A DNA stretch of 64,000 nucleotides from an uncultured Bacteroidales bacterium. Its GTDB lineage: Bacteria; Bacteroidota; Bacteroidia; Bacteroidales; VadinHA17. Positions 46,917 to 57,270 of the stretch are shown piece after piece. The stretch is taken from positions 3,978-67,977 of the forward strand of contig CAWKJD010000021.1 in assembly GCA_963849945.1 (NCBI GenBank), written 5' to 3'. The translations under genes and the position numbers were made by a program. The notes beneath the pieces were generated by a model. The model was not told the origin of the DNA, searched no databases, and saw only the letters and a program-made list of their open reading frames with translations. Numbering within the stretch: position 1 is the stretch's first letter; every line of letters begins with the position of its first letter.

Positions 46917-47696
46917 ATGGAAACAAAAAGAACCTATCGCCTAATTCCTTCTTTCGGTGCCTCATACAACACCGGCTGGAAGGTTATGTCGGACAACTTC
47001 CTGAGATTATTGCTCGTGGTACTGGTTCTCGCCATCATCACCGGACCGGCGGGGTTATTCAGCCATAGCAACTGGAAGGTTGACCACTTCGATTTTGACA
47101 GCATCCCCTTTGACATGGATAATTTCTTTAAGTTCGGGGCGCTCGGCATTGCTGCCGTTTTCGCCGGACTGATAGGACTGCTGTATTTTTTTCTGCTGGT
47201 ACCGGTCTTCAAGTACGGAGCCAAAATGATGTTCGTACAGTCAGTTCGTCAGCAGACACCTGACTTTGACATGCTGATCAACGGATTCCGCAAGAACTAC
47301 CTTAATATAGTGCTGGCCAATCTTCTGGTCACTGCCCTCGTAGGCATAGGCATGGTCTGCCTGTTCGTTCCGGGCATAATCATCGCATGCCGCCTGGCAT
47401 TCACACCTTATCTGGTCGTCGACAGGGATCTTGATCCCATAAAGGCAGCGGAAGAAAGCTGGAGACTGACACGTGGCCACGGCTGGACAATTTTCTTCAT
47501 GGGATTTATCAGCTTCTTTATCTACATCGCAGGGTTTATCTGCTTCTTTATAGGGGTGCTGATATCTGATATGTGGGTCAAGAGTTCATACGCTACCCTT
47601 TACCAGTCAGTTCTGATAGAAAAAGGATTGTACCAGCCTGTTGAAGCTCCGGTTACTGAAGCTCCGGCTCCCGACGCACCGGTTTCGCAAGCATAA
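46917..47696 (+). CDS. polytopic membrane protein (DUF975-like topology)
   Basis: Several TM spans. The Met at 46917 (METKRTYRL) is preferred over 46839. Confidence 0.55.
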   Translation: METKRTYRLIPSFGASYNTGWKVMSDNFLRLLLVVLVLAIITGPAGLFSHSNWKVDHFDFDSIPFDMDNFFKFGALGIAAVFAGLIGLLYFFLLVPVFKYGAKMMFVQSVRQQTPDFDMLINGFRKNYLNIVLANLLVTALVGIGMVCLFVPGIIIACRLAFTPYLVVDRDLDPIKAAEESWRLTRGHGWTIFFMGFISFFIYIAGFICFFIGVLISDMWVKSSYATLYQSVLIEKGLYQPVEAPVTEAPAPDAPVSQA

Positions 47697-47752
47697 ATTT
47701 ATTCATCACCTTCATACTTGAACAATGGGTACAGGGCATCATGTCCTGTACC

Positions 47753-48487
47753 CTATTGTTTTAATGCAGCTTTGGAGAAAATATAGTCCGGTATCTGCTG
47801 GTTGAATTTGATGGAAGTGACATTGAATTCTGTTCCGTCACCCTGTTTGAGAACATCCTTGTAAACTATTTTAGCAGGGAACCACCGCCCGTCAATCTTT
47901 TTCACATCTGACATGGTGGTACGCTTCAGTAGCTGGCCGCTTCTGGCAAACAACTCCTCTTTCAGAGGTACATACCTTTCAGCGTCAACCCACATTTTTG
48001 CAGAATAATAAGCCACATCACTGACTTTGGCAGTAAGTTTCATGATCCATGTCTTCCTTCCGTCAATCACTTCATGCCCGTCAATTACTGCTGAATAGAT
48101 CTCAGTCAGTTTTCTGTCATCCATCATATCCTCATAGGAAAGATCAGAGCCCATGACCGACTGTCTGAGCATATGTCCCGATATCTGGATGGTACGGTCT
48201 GTGGAAGGCGAATAAATCCATAGCTGGCCCTCAAGCTTGAGCATCTTTGTTCCCTGCTCCCGCGGAGGGGTCAGGTATTCGGTAAATGACTTCTTATCTC
48301 CTGCGGAATAGGTACGGGAAGTGATTGTCCTGCTTGACCGTGCTCCATGAATTGTCATTGTTGACTCAAATATTCTGTTCTCCGATGACATGTTCTGTTC
48401 AACCCTCTTCAGGATATCATCAGCGCTTTGTCCGGCCATTGATGCCGTTAGCGTATATGTGGCGAATAAGAGTAAAAACTGTCTCAT
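47753..48487 (-). CDS. outer-membrane lipoprotein-sorting (LolA-like) protein
   Basis: Signal peptide, then ADDILKRVEQN...TMTIHGARSSRTITSRTYSAGDKKSFTEYLTPPREQGTKMLKLEGQLWIYSP. Confidence 0.75.
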   Translation of the reverse strand: MRQFLLLFATYTLTASMAGQSADDILKRVEQNMSSENRIFESTMTIHGARSSRTITSRTYSAGDKKSFTEYLTPPREQGTKMLKLEGQLWIYSPSTDRTIQISGHMLRQSVMGSDLSYEDMMDDRKLTEIYSAVIDGHEVIDGRKTWIMKLTAKVSDVAYYSAKMWVDAERYVPLKEELFARSGQLLKRTTMSDVKKIDGRWFPAKIVYKDVLKQGDGTEFNVTSIKFNQQIPDYIFSKAALKQ

Positions 48488-48498
48488 ACTTCTGTGAA

Positions 48499-49773
48499 TT
48501 ATACTTCAAGTTCCTTAAATAACCTGGCCGTTTGCCTTTTATATATGCCTATTCCTGAAAGCAGGGTACCTATTATGGTAGAAAACAGTCCCGGGAAAAA
48601 TCCCAGGTAGAAATCCACCGGTGTGATCCTGGCCCTGATCTCAGTTGGCATCATAATGGATGAACCCTTCATCAATCCCGCTATGTCTATTCCGTACTTC
48701 TGTATCAGCCATGCAAAGAACAGGCCAAAGGCAGTGCCAATCACTGAGCCTGCAATTCCGATCATCATCAATTCATAAATCATAGTGCGGTAGACATGAT
48801 CTTTATTTTCGCCCATAGCCAGACGTATGCCGACTTCGCCGTATCGCCGCAGTCCTCCAAGCAGTCCGGCGTTCCATAGGACAAGAGACATAGCCAGGAT
48901 GAATATCAGTGAGATATATTTCGACCATGATTTTGTCAGGTTAACATAAGTACCCATCGTCCCCTGCTGGCTCAGGCTCTTCATCACCGGAGTAAATTCA
49001 TCACCTCCGGGACTGTTGGCTGAATTGAAGGTTTGAGCGTCGCTGACAGCAATTTCATCAAGATAAAAGCCGCCATTGAAAAATCCCAGGATTTCACCTG
49101 CAGCATCCTCCATGTCAAGGGCAAGCCTTACGTCTTCGATATCAGCAATGATTGTTCCGCGGTCAAGAGCTTCAATCCCCATCGATACTGTACCGGCGAG
49201 GGTGAAATTATATATGGTCATGCTGCCAGCTGCCGTTGAACCTATGAATGTGATTTTATCTCCCGGATTCACATTGAGTTTTTTTGAAAAGGCCTCGCTC
49301 AGCAGTACCTCCCCACGTTTCTTCGGCAGATGTCCTCTCACAAGTGATTTCTCCAGTTTAAGCCTCTTTATCTCCTCCGAGCCGGGAGTAAGCAGGTCAA
49401 GACCGATACCTGCTGTCGGTCCCTGTGACCTGGTCTCGCCGTTCGCGTCAGGTACATCGACAAGACCGGCAAACTGTATTCTTGGCGACCATTCCAGGCC
49501 GGTAAACTGTTTTTTCAGGTCTGCGGTCAAAGAAGTTACATCAGGAAGAGCAAGGTCATTTGGCAACTGCTGCATGTTGTCTGCATAACCCCTGGTTGTA
49601 ACCTTAAGATGTCCGTATGAAAACCTGGCATTAAGTTCAATAAGGTCACCCATGAAACCCGTGATATAAGCATGCATCATTACAGTCAGCGCAACGCCTA
49701 TCGTCACAACCAATACGGGAATCCGGCTCCGGCTCTTGTCCCTTAATAATCCTTTGAGCAAAAACTTTATCAT
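48499..49773 (-). CDS. ABC transporter permease, FtsX/MacB-LolC type
   Basis: TM1, a large periplasmic domain, then three C-terminal TM helices. 424 aa. Confidence 0.85.
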   Translation of the reverse strand: MIKFLLKGLLRDKSRSRIPVLVVTIGVALTVMMHAYITGFMGDLIELNARFSYGHLKVTTRGYADNMQQLPNDLALPDVTSLTADLKKQFTGLEWSPRIQFAGLVDVPDANGETRSQGPTAGIGLDLLTPGSEEIKRLKLEKSLVRGHLPKKRGEVLLSEAFSKKLNVNPGDKITFIGSTAAGSMTIYNFTLAGTVSMGIEALDRGTIIADIEDVRLALDMEDAAGEILGFFNGGFYLDEIAVSDAQTFNSANSPGGDEFTPVMKSLSQQGTMGTYVNLTKSWSKYISLIFILAMSLVLWNAGLLGGLRRYGEVGIRLAMGENKDHVYRTMIYELMMIGIAGSVIGTAFGLFFAWLIQKYGIDIAGLMKGSSIMMPTEIRARITPVDFYLGFFPGLFSTIIGTLLSGIGIYKRQTARLFKELEV

Positions 49774-50947
49774 TGTATTTTCCCCCTTAATGCTTCAGTT
49801 GGGTTCATTTTAGCGATCCGTCTTGACGGATAATAACTTACGATAGCGGTGACCGTCATTATTATAAGCACGGTAGAGATCACAAGGCCGGCACTGTAGA
49901 CCGGATACAGGGTCTGTGCCATAGCCATCCCAAACTGGCTGGCATCCATTGGCATTGTCCATCCCACTTTGGCCTGCCATGCAAGAAAGGGCATCCCGTA
50001 TGCGGCAGAAAGGAGAGCTGCGAGAACTGAGTACATTGTCCCTTCAACGGTAAAGAGCCCAACCACTTCCTTCCGGGTGTATCCGAGAGCTATATATGTG
50101 CCAATTTCCTTCTGTCTCCTGAATATTGAAAGTACCTGTGTATCGAAAATAGCGAGCATTGCCAGTAAAATAAGGATGACATAGAACAATGAAGTGCCGG
50201 CCGATTTAACTTTGATAAGATCATCAACTGCTTTTGTCAGCTCCGCCTTGCTTTTATTGACCCATCCGTCATATACCGGCCTGCCGGCTACAGCGTTCCT
50301 GTATGTTATTATTGTGGCCTCATCTCCCAGTGAAAGCATAGACCGGAGCTTCTCAAGAGGTATGTAAATCTGGCCCTGGTCGACCGCAGGGACGTTGGTA
50401 AAAAAGACGTCTGTAATGTAAATCTCCGCAGCGTCAAATGTTCCGCCCGCGTCCCTCCACTGTATCATGACCCTGTCACCGATCCCCGCCTTCAGATTTT
50501 TTGCCATGAGCGATCCGATAACCGAAGGAATGGCATCGTTTATAACAGTATCAAGCTTATGAGTCGGAAGAGGAAAATATTCTGTCCGGGATTTATTCCC
50601 TTTATAATTACTGATTGCATCCTTTCCTGCGGGTAAATGGAGCCCTGGGCAATGAGGACCGGTTCTGCATCACCTTTTTCAATTTCACCCCTGAGTTCTG
50701 CGGGGACCGGTGCATGGCTGTCACTGAAAGTGAACGGATCATAAGGATCATAATCCTTCTGCCAGGACTGTCCTTCGCCAATTTCCCAGTTGGTCATGTC
50801 AATTTTTGCCTGGTGATCCCAGCCCGTTATTATTCCTTTCATCCAGATGATGATAACAAAGGAAAATGAGAGCACTATAACATTCAGCCAGGTTCGCAGG
50901 CCGGCACCCATGAGGTTCCGGTATGCCAGTTTAAATGCCAGTTTCAT
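49770..50947 (-). pseudogene. second FtsX/MacB-LolC type permease, split by a frame change near 50575-50590
   Basis: ORFs 50540..50947 (TM1 plus the start of the periplasmic domain) and 49770..50507 (the rest) are in different frames. The frame of the second ORF reads EYFPLPTHKLDTVINDAIPSVIGSLMAKNL upstream of its Met. Confidence 0.75.
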
Positions 50948-50958
50948 GTTTACCCTTA

Positions 50959-51657
50959 TTAGTTGGATACCAGCTCATCATTAATCACTCTCCCGTCAGC
51001 CAGGTAGACTTTCCGGCGCAGGTAACTTATTACCTTTTCGTCATGGGTGGCGAACAGGAATGTGGTTTTAAGCTCTCTGTTCAGCGCTTCCATGGTCTTG
51101 AGAATATTATGCGAGTTTGCCGCATCAAGATTGGCCGTCGGCTCATCTGCCAGGACCAGGGAAGGTTTCTTCACCATTGCTCTTGCAATTGCCACTCTCT
51201 GGCATTCACCTCCTGAAAGCTGAGGAGGTTTTGACCTTATCTTGTCAGTAAGCCCCAGCCATTCGATAGCTTCAAGGACCATCTTTTTTCTTTCAGCCGG
51301 GCCATACTTCAGCAGCAAAAGGGGAAACTCAATATTCTCGTACACCGTATGAACCGCGAAGAGATTATAACTCTGGAAGATAAACCCAAGGCTCTTCTTG
51401 CGCAGCACTGCCGCTTCCTTAGCTGACAGACTGCCTATTGAATTATCAAGCACGGTGACACTGCCCTCCGACGGAACATCAAGTGACCCGACAACATTAA
51501 GGAGAGTGGTCTTGCCTGATCCGCTTGGTCCTATCAGCCCCGCAAACTCTCCTCTGCTGATTGTCAGGTCAATTCCGTTCAGCGCCGTGAATTCACCCTT
51601 TCCCATCGGGAACTTCTTGACCAGTTTTTCAATTCTGATGATAGTTGAATTTTCCAT
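50959..51657 (-). CDS. ABC transporter ATP-binding protein (LolD/MacB-like)
   Basis: GPSGSGKTTLLN, LSGGECQRVAIARA, LVLADEPTANLD. The Met at 51657 (MENSTIIRIEKL) is preferred. Confidence 0.9.
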   Translation of the reverse strand: MENSTIIRIEKLVKKFPMGKGEFTALNGIDLTISRGEFAGLIGPSGSGKTTLLNVVGSLDVPSEGSVTVLDNSIGSLSAKEAAVLRKKSLGFIFQSYNLFAVHTVYENIEFPLLLLKYGPAERKKMVLEAIEWLGLTDKIRSKPPQLSGGECQRVAIARAMVKKPSLVLADEPTANLDAANSHNILKTMEALNRELKTTFLFATHDEKVISYLRRKVYLADGRVINDELVSN

Positions 51658-51667
51658 TCCTGAGATA

Positions 51668-52808
51668 TTAATGATTAAAGACAAACATCAGCTGAACGCC
51701 TTTGCCTGCATATATCGTTTTTGAATCATTTTGTGCCGGAAGCCCATATAGATCCGGATTCCAGTAAGCCATAAGATACAGGGAGATCCTGTCAAATTCC
51801 TTCTGCCACGTAAGAAAACTGTAAATATTTCTGACCTTCCCATCCGTAGTAAAAGATAGCGCTTAACTTGTCGGACAGCCCCAGAGGATAAGAGACGGTA
51901 ACAAGGGAAAAATTGTTCGGATCTGAAAATGCAAAAGGACTCTCGTCATAAGTGTACAAAAGATGTTCAAAGGCAGTATAAAGTCCATTCCCGGCAGAAA
52001 ATGTATAATCGATACCAGCGCTTACTGCCAGCAGGTTTGATAATGGTCCGAGATTGACATGCTTATGTGTGAACGATCCCTCAATCCAGAAACCCGCTTT
52101 GAGATCCCATTTTGCATCAAAACCGTATTTGTCTTCAGGTATTTTCTCAAATTGAGGGACTGATCCTCCTGTTGCGCGGCTGTCAGCAACCCGGTGATGG
52201 TAAGTAAATGCCATTTCGCCTGCAGGCACGGGTAGCTGCAAACGACCGCCGAACTCAGGTATGCTGCTGTTGACATTAACCGGCTCCAGGCCGCTTTTGT
52301 TCTTATTGCCATACAATACCCACAGCCATAAGTTGGCATTATTAAGGAAATAGTACCGTCCCAGCAATCCCCATACACCATCAGTCATCTGAAGAGGATC
52401 CCGCGGATCTAGCTGATCAAACCACCTAAGGGGCCTGAGCATGGCTGCGGAACCGAAGTTGAGTTGCTGCAGGCCAAGTCTTATCTCAAACTGGTCACCG
52501 GAATATCTTAACCAGGCACGGTATGGCTTAAGTATCCCTTCCGTATGCAGTGAATCAAAAGGCCTCATTCCTGCGGTACCGGATATATTTCCGGAAAATT
52601 CAGCATCAAACAGCTGTCCTGACCGGGTCTTCAGTCCGTAGTTCACCTGCGGAATGTACCTGGCGCCAGCCCAAAGAGGCAGATCATTGCTCAGATTAAG
52701 GTTTATCCATGATGACAGCTGCCCGCTGAATCTGAAACCTTCCTGGGCCGTGAGTGACAGTGCGGATGAAATCAGAAGGAATAATATGCAAGCCGTTTTA
52801 TTCAGCAT
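51668..52808 (-). CDS. outer-membrane protein (beta-barrel-like) with a probable 3' frame change
   Basis: Signal peptide MLNKTACILFLLISSALSLTAQ. The ORF stops at 51792, but a shift at the A3 run (51828-51830) opens ...NIYSFLTWQKEFDRISLYLMAYWNPDLYGLPAQNDSKTIYAGKGVQLMFVFNH, ending 10 nt before the ABC ATPase start. Confidence 0.6.
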
Positions 52809-52845
52809 TCCTTAATTATTACTGTATCAGGAAATAACGGTTCAC

Positions 52846-55164
52846 TTACATTTTTGTCAGCCTGGCAAACCTCAGGAGCAGTTTCTTTGATCCGGAGGTT
52901 TCAAATTCAATTAATGCGGTTGTATTTGGAGCTTCTCCTTCCACGGAGATGACTTTGCCCGTACCAAAACGTTCATGCGAGACGGTGTCGCCGGGAGCAA
53001 GTTCAATGATTGAAGGGGTAACGGCAGACACGGTAAAGCCGGCAGTTTTTTTCATCTGCGTCAGTTTCTTTTCTGTTGCGGTACCTGTAAATGTCTCATT
53101 TCTTTCCCTGAAAGCATGATCATCAGGGCGTCCGGCATTTCTGAACGGACTGCCTCCGCTATGCGGATAGTACAGGAATTCATTTTCTATCTCACCGATG
53201 AAACGGCTGGGAGAGCTTCTCTCGAGCGACCCCCATTTGTACCTGTTGAGGGCATAGCTGAGGGTGACGCGCCTGCATGCCCTTGTCAGTGCAACATAGA
53301 ACAGGCGGCGCTCCTCCTCCAGCTCACGGGGGTTATACAGGTTCATATTCGAAGGAAAAAGGTTTTCCTCCAGACCGACAATGTAAACATATTTAAACTC
53401 GAGGCCCTTGGCTGAATGGATTGTCATCAGGGCTACCTTGTTCTTATCCTCCGGCTTTTCCATATCCTGGTCAGTCAGCAGTGATACCGTCTGCAGCCAG
53501 GTGGCAATGTCAGCCGGTTCGCCGTTATTCACCGCAGCATCGGTAAATTCCCTGATGCCGTTGAGGAGTTCCTGTATATTCTCAAGCCTGTCTATCTCTT
53601 CGGGCACCTGTCCCTGTCTGAGGTCAGTGATGATACCGCTGGCCGCTGCGATCCTGTCAGTGACTTCGTAGGCTGTCGCCGTCGCGGCCATTGACATGAC
53701 AGGCAGAATCAGGCCGGTGAACCCTGCCAGTTTGGTGCGCAGGGCAGGAGTGAGCCAGGTATTGCTTAGCTCAGGCGATGAAATGATTGCCCATATACTG
53801 ACATCCAGGCTTCTGGCAAGCTCCATCAGCTTCTGAACGGTGGTGTCGCCAATGCCCCTTTTGGGATAGTTTATTATACGTCTCAGAGCTTCCTCATCAT
53901 CCGGATTCACCACCATCCTGAGGTATGCTATCAGGTCACGTATCTCCCTTCGTTCATAGAACGACTGCCCTCCGTATATTTTGTAGGGGATGTTCCGTTT
54001 ACGCAGCATCTCCTCGAAGATCCGCGACTGAGCGTTGGTACGGTACAGGATCGCAAAGTCCTTCCATTCAAGCCGTTCACGCATCCGGGTGTCAAGGATA
54101 TCTGATGCCGTGACAATTCCTTCCTCGCTGTCAATGGTTGTCTGCACGACCCTGATCTTTTCACCCTCTTCGTTCTTTGAATATATGGTCTTCTTTATCT
54201 GGCCGATGTTCTTTTCAATGACACTGTTTGCTGCATTGACGATTGTACGGGTCGAACGGTAGTTCTGTTCAAGCTTGAAGAGACGGTAGTCGGGGTAGTC
54301 ATTTTTAAAATTGAGAATGTTCTCGATACGTGCTCCGCGGAACGAGTAGATGCTTTGTGCGTCATCACCCACCACACACAGGTTACGGTGCAGTTCGGAA
54401 AGCTTATGGACGATTACATACTGAGCATAGTTGGTATCCTGGTATTCATCCACGAGAACGTAGTCAAAACGTTTACGGTACTGCTCGAGCACTGCAGGGA
54501 AGTCACGGAAAAGTATATTGATGTTCATCAGCAGGTCGTCAAAGTCCATCGCGTTAGCTTTGAAGCATCTTGCTGCATAACGTCTGTATATCGCTCCAAG
54601 CTCGGGTATCCTTGATGCTTTGTCAGCCTCAAGCAGCTGATCTGTCGAACCATACTGCTGGGCAGTTATAAGGTTGTTTTTTGCATGTGATATCCTGGCA
54701 GCTATTGAGGCAGGTTTATAAACAGAGTCATCAAGGTTCATCTCCCTGATTATAGTGCGTATCAGGCTGCGGGTGTTATCCTGGTCATAGATGGTAAAAT
54801 TGCTCTTATATCCGAGGTAATGGCCATCAATTCTCAGGAACCGCGCAAAAATGGAATGAAATGTACCCATCCATAGGCTGCGCGCTGTTTCAAAACCCAC
54901 TATTTTATTGATCCGCTCCTTCATCTCCCCGGCGGCTTTATTGGTAAAAGTAAGAGCAAGGATACGGTAGGCAGGAATGCCTTTCTGGAGAAGGTGAGCC
55001 ACACGGTAGGTCAGGACGCGTGTCTTCCCTGATCCGGCTCCGGCAATGACCAGTGCCGGGCCTTCAGTGTTGATAACGGCATCCTGTTGTGCCTCATTAA
55101 GCTCTTTCAAATAATCGCGAAACATGTGCGAGAAAGCAGATTTACGAACCTCAAAGAACGGCAT
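52846..55164 (-). CDS. UvrD/PcrA/Rep-family ATP-dependent DNA helicase
   Basis: LNEAQQDAVINTEGPALVIAGAGSGKTRVLTYRVAHLL, VDEYQDTN and further SF1 motifs. Confidence 0.95.
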   Translation of the reverse strand: MPFFEVRKSAFSHMFRDYLKELNEAQQDAVINTEGPALVIAGAGSGKTRVLTYRVAHLLQKGIPAYRILALTFTNKAAGEMKERINKIVGFETARSLWMGTFHSIFARFLRIDGHYLGYKSNFTIYDQDNTRSLIRTIIREMNLDDSVYKPASIAARISHAKNNLITAQQYGSTDQLLEADKASRIPELGAIYRRYAARCFKANAMDFDDLLMNINILFRDFPAVLEQYRKRFDYVLVDEYQDTNYAQYVIVHKLSELHRNLCVVGDDAQSIYSFRGARIENILNFKNDYPDYRLFKLEQNYRSTRTIVNAANSVIEKNIGQIKKTIYSKNEEGEKIRVVQTTIDSEEGIVTASDILDTRMRERLEWKDFAILYRTNAQSRIFEEMLRKRNIPYKIYGGQSFYERREIRDLIAYLRMVVNPDDEEALRRIINYPKRGIGDTTVQKLMELARSLDVSIWAIISSPELSNTWLTPALRTKLAGFTGLILPVMSMAATATAYEVTDRIAAASGIITDLRQGQVPEEIDRLENIQELLNGIREFTDAAVNNGEPADIATWLQTVSLLTDQDMEKPEDKNKVALMTIHSAKGLEFKYVYIVGLEENLFPSNMNLYNPRELEEERRLFYVALTRACRRVTLSYALNRYKWGSLERSSPSRFIGEIENEFLYYPHSGGSPFRNAGRPDDHAFRERNETFTGTATEKKLTQMKKTAGFTVSAVTPSIIELAPGDTVSHERFGTGKVISVEGEAPNTTALIEFETSGSKKLLLRFARLTKM

Positions 55165-55194
55165 TTTTTTATTAGGTTTGCATATCATTTTTGA

Positions 55195-56430
55195 TTGTTA
55201 ATCCGTTTAGTAAGCGTGTCAAGATACCTGACCTTCATAATCATGCTTTTACCGCTTGCCCTGCAGGCGCAGATAACTGCCCCTGAAAGCCATGCCACGC
55301 GTATGACTGACTATCCGGTGACAGCAAGGCATGACCCGGTGTTCATTTTCTGCGTCACAGGTCCCGGAGACACAGGCACGCTCACCGCCGCCAGCCCGGG
55401 AGGCACAGCGCCGTTTACATTTACCTGGACCATGTACGATCAGACAGGCAAGAGCTACTCTATACCTGTTAAGACTGAGACAGGAGTGACCTCCACCGCC
55501 GGCGGTCTCGCTGAAGGAGGATACCTGGTAAGCATAACAGACGGTGGTGGCTACAGTACTGAACTGTATGCCTGGGTGAACCTTGACAAACCTGTCGCTA
55601 ATGCTGCACTGCTGAATTTCACCTGTGACTATGTCGCTCTTGATGGCACGGCGGCACCCGATAACTTTGACTATTTTGATCCTTCTTCCGGCGCTTCAAA
55701 GAGATTGCCGGACGGAATCAGACATCTCTGGTCTTCAACTCCCGAGTCGCTAATTCCGCATGCTGATGTGTTGCTCGATCCTGTGATAGGCACTCCGCCC
55801 CTGGTCGATGTCAGGTATATGTTACAGGTGACTGACAGTTTCGGTTGTGTCAGCTCATCATCATTTGACTACACTTCAATCCAGGTTAAAGCCGAGTTTG
55901 ATGCAGAGCCGATATCAGGCGAAGCTCCGCTTGAAGTGATTTTTACGGATAAATCAGTCAGGGCTAATAAATATGCATGGGATTTCGGGGATGATTCAAC
56001 CTCTGTTTCATCAGATCCGGGATCACATTTCTATTATGTTCCCGGAGAATACACGGTAACACTGACCATAGAAAGCGTGCTTTACTGCACTGATACCTAT
56101 ACGAAAACAATAACGGTGGAGCCTTCCGGTCTGAGCGCGCCAAATGTCTTCACTCCAAATGATGACGGCATCAATGACTACTTCGTCCCTGAAAAAAAAT
56201 CATTGAAATTCATCAACCTGCAGATCTTCTCAAAGAGCGGACGCAGGGTATATAATTATGAGGGTAACGGTGAGGAAATTCAAAACTGGCAGGGATGGGA
56301 CGGTAAAATAAACCATTCGGAACGCTTTGCCGAGCCCGGGGCATACTACTTCGTTCTAAGGGCTGTCGGATATGATGACGTAAATTACGAAGGGAGTAAT
56401 TACAGGGGTGTTGTCTACCTCTACCGATAA
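55195..56430 (+). CDS. secreted PKD-domain protein with a T9SS type-B (gliding-motility-associated) C-terminal sorting domain
   Basis: GEAPLEVIFTDKS...WDFGDDS...GEYTVTLTI (PKD). APNVFTPNDDGINDYFVP...WDGKINHSERFAEPGAYYFVLRA...GVVYLYR. The start is uncertain (TTG at 55195 or GTG at 55216). Confidence 0.85.
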   Translation: MLIRLVSVSRYLTFIIMLLPLALQAQITAPESHATRMTDYPVTARHDPVFIFCVTGPGDTGTLTAASPGGTAPFTFTWTMYDQTGKSYSIPVKTETGVTSTAGGLAEGGYLVSITDGGGYSTELYAWVNLDKPVANAALLNFTCDYVALDGTAAPDNFDYFDPSSGASKRLPDGIRHLWSSTPESLIPHADVLLDPVIGTPPLVDVRYMLQVTDSFGCVSSSSFDYTSIQVKAEFDAEPISGEAPLEVIFTDKSVRANKYAWDFGDDSTSVSSDPGSHFYYVPGEYTVTLTIESVLYCTDTYTKTITVEPSGLSAPNVFTPNDDGINDYFVPEKKSLKFINLQIFSKSGRRVYNYEGNGEEIQNWQGWDGKINHSERFAEPGAYYFVLRAVGYDDVNYEGSNYRGVVYLYR

Positions 56431-56560
56431 GTTTCAGGTTCCTGGTTCCTGGTTCCTTGTTTCTTGTCTGAAGGTCTTCTGTCCAAAGGTCTGCGGGTCA
56501 TTGCTCCATTCGCTGTTAGCCGGCATTTTCCGTTGACCTGACGGAGTTTTATACTTTTTT

Positions 56561-56599
56561 ATCTGATAAAACTTGCGAAACTAAAAAAGTTTTCTGATT
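56561..56599. promoter_or_regulatory. imperfect palindrome, candidate TetR operator
   Basis: ATCTGATAAAACTT ... AAGTTTTCTGAT, 24 nt upstream of the TetR start codon. Confidence 0.3.
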
Positions 56600-56622
56600 T
56601 TTGCGGGCGTTTTCAAACCAAC

Positions 56623-57240
56623 ATGAATCAGTCAGAAGATTACGATGCCAGAATTCTTGCCGGAGCGGCTGAATTATTCCGCATCTATGGCATCAAGGCC
56701 GTTACGATGGATACCATAGCCAATCATCTTGGTATCTCAAAACGTACCATATACGAAAGGTTCAAAGATAAAGATGAGATGCTTTTTGCCGTATTGGATT
56801 CCATGATCTTAAGGCAGAAGGAAAAAATCGACGATATTTTAAATTCATCTCCAAATGTAATTGCTGCAATATTTACTCTGTTGACCATAGGAAGAGAACA
56901 CGCGGCCTTATTGAACCCGTTGATAAGCTCGGACCTTCGGAAATATCACAGTGCTGTCCTCCTCCGGATGAAAGAAAAGTGTGAGGACCCAAATTATGAG
57001 GGATCTCTGAAAATCATTATAAAAGGAAAGGAGCAGGGCCTTTTCAGGCAGGATGTAAATAATGAGATCGTAAGCAGGTTCATTTCGGAATTGAACTCAA
57101 TGATTTCAGACAACAGGCTTTTCCCGCCGGAAATGTTTTTACAGCGTGATCTGATGAAGAATGTGATTATAAACTTTCTGAGGGGCATTTCAACCCGTGA
57201 GGGGATTAAGATTATTGACAAAATGGAACCTGATTTATAG
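56623..57240 (+). CDS. TetR/AcrR-family transcriptional regulator
   Basis: ILAGAAELFRIYGIKAVTMDTIANHLGISKRTIYERFKDKDEML. Confidence 0.9.
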   Translation: MNQSEDYDARILAGAAELFRIYGIKAVTMDTIANHLGISKRTIYERFKDKDEMLFAVLDSMILRQKEKIDDILNSSPNVIAAIFTLLTIGREHAALLNPLISSDLRKYHSAVLLRMKEKCEDPNYEGSLKIIIKGKEQGLFRQDVNNEIVSRFISELNSMISDNRLFPPEMFLQRDLMKNVIINFLRGISTREGIKIIDKMEPDL

Positions 57241-57270
57241 AAAAAATAAATAACAGTTAAACAGGATTAT

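Noticed and set aside
56437-56457. (GGTTCCT)x3 heptamer repeat downstream of the T9SS cargo gene
   Set aside because: It is very short, has no obvious partner or hairpin, and lies in a 3' intergenic region. It was noted but no function can be argued.
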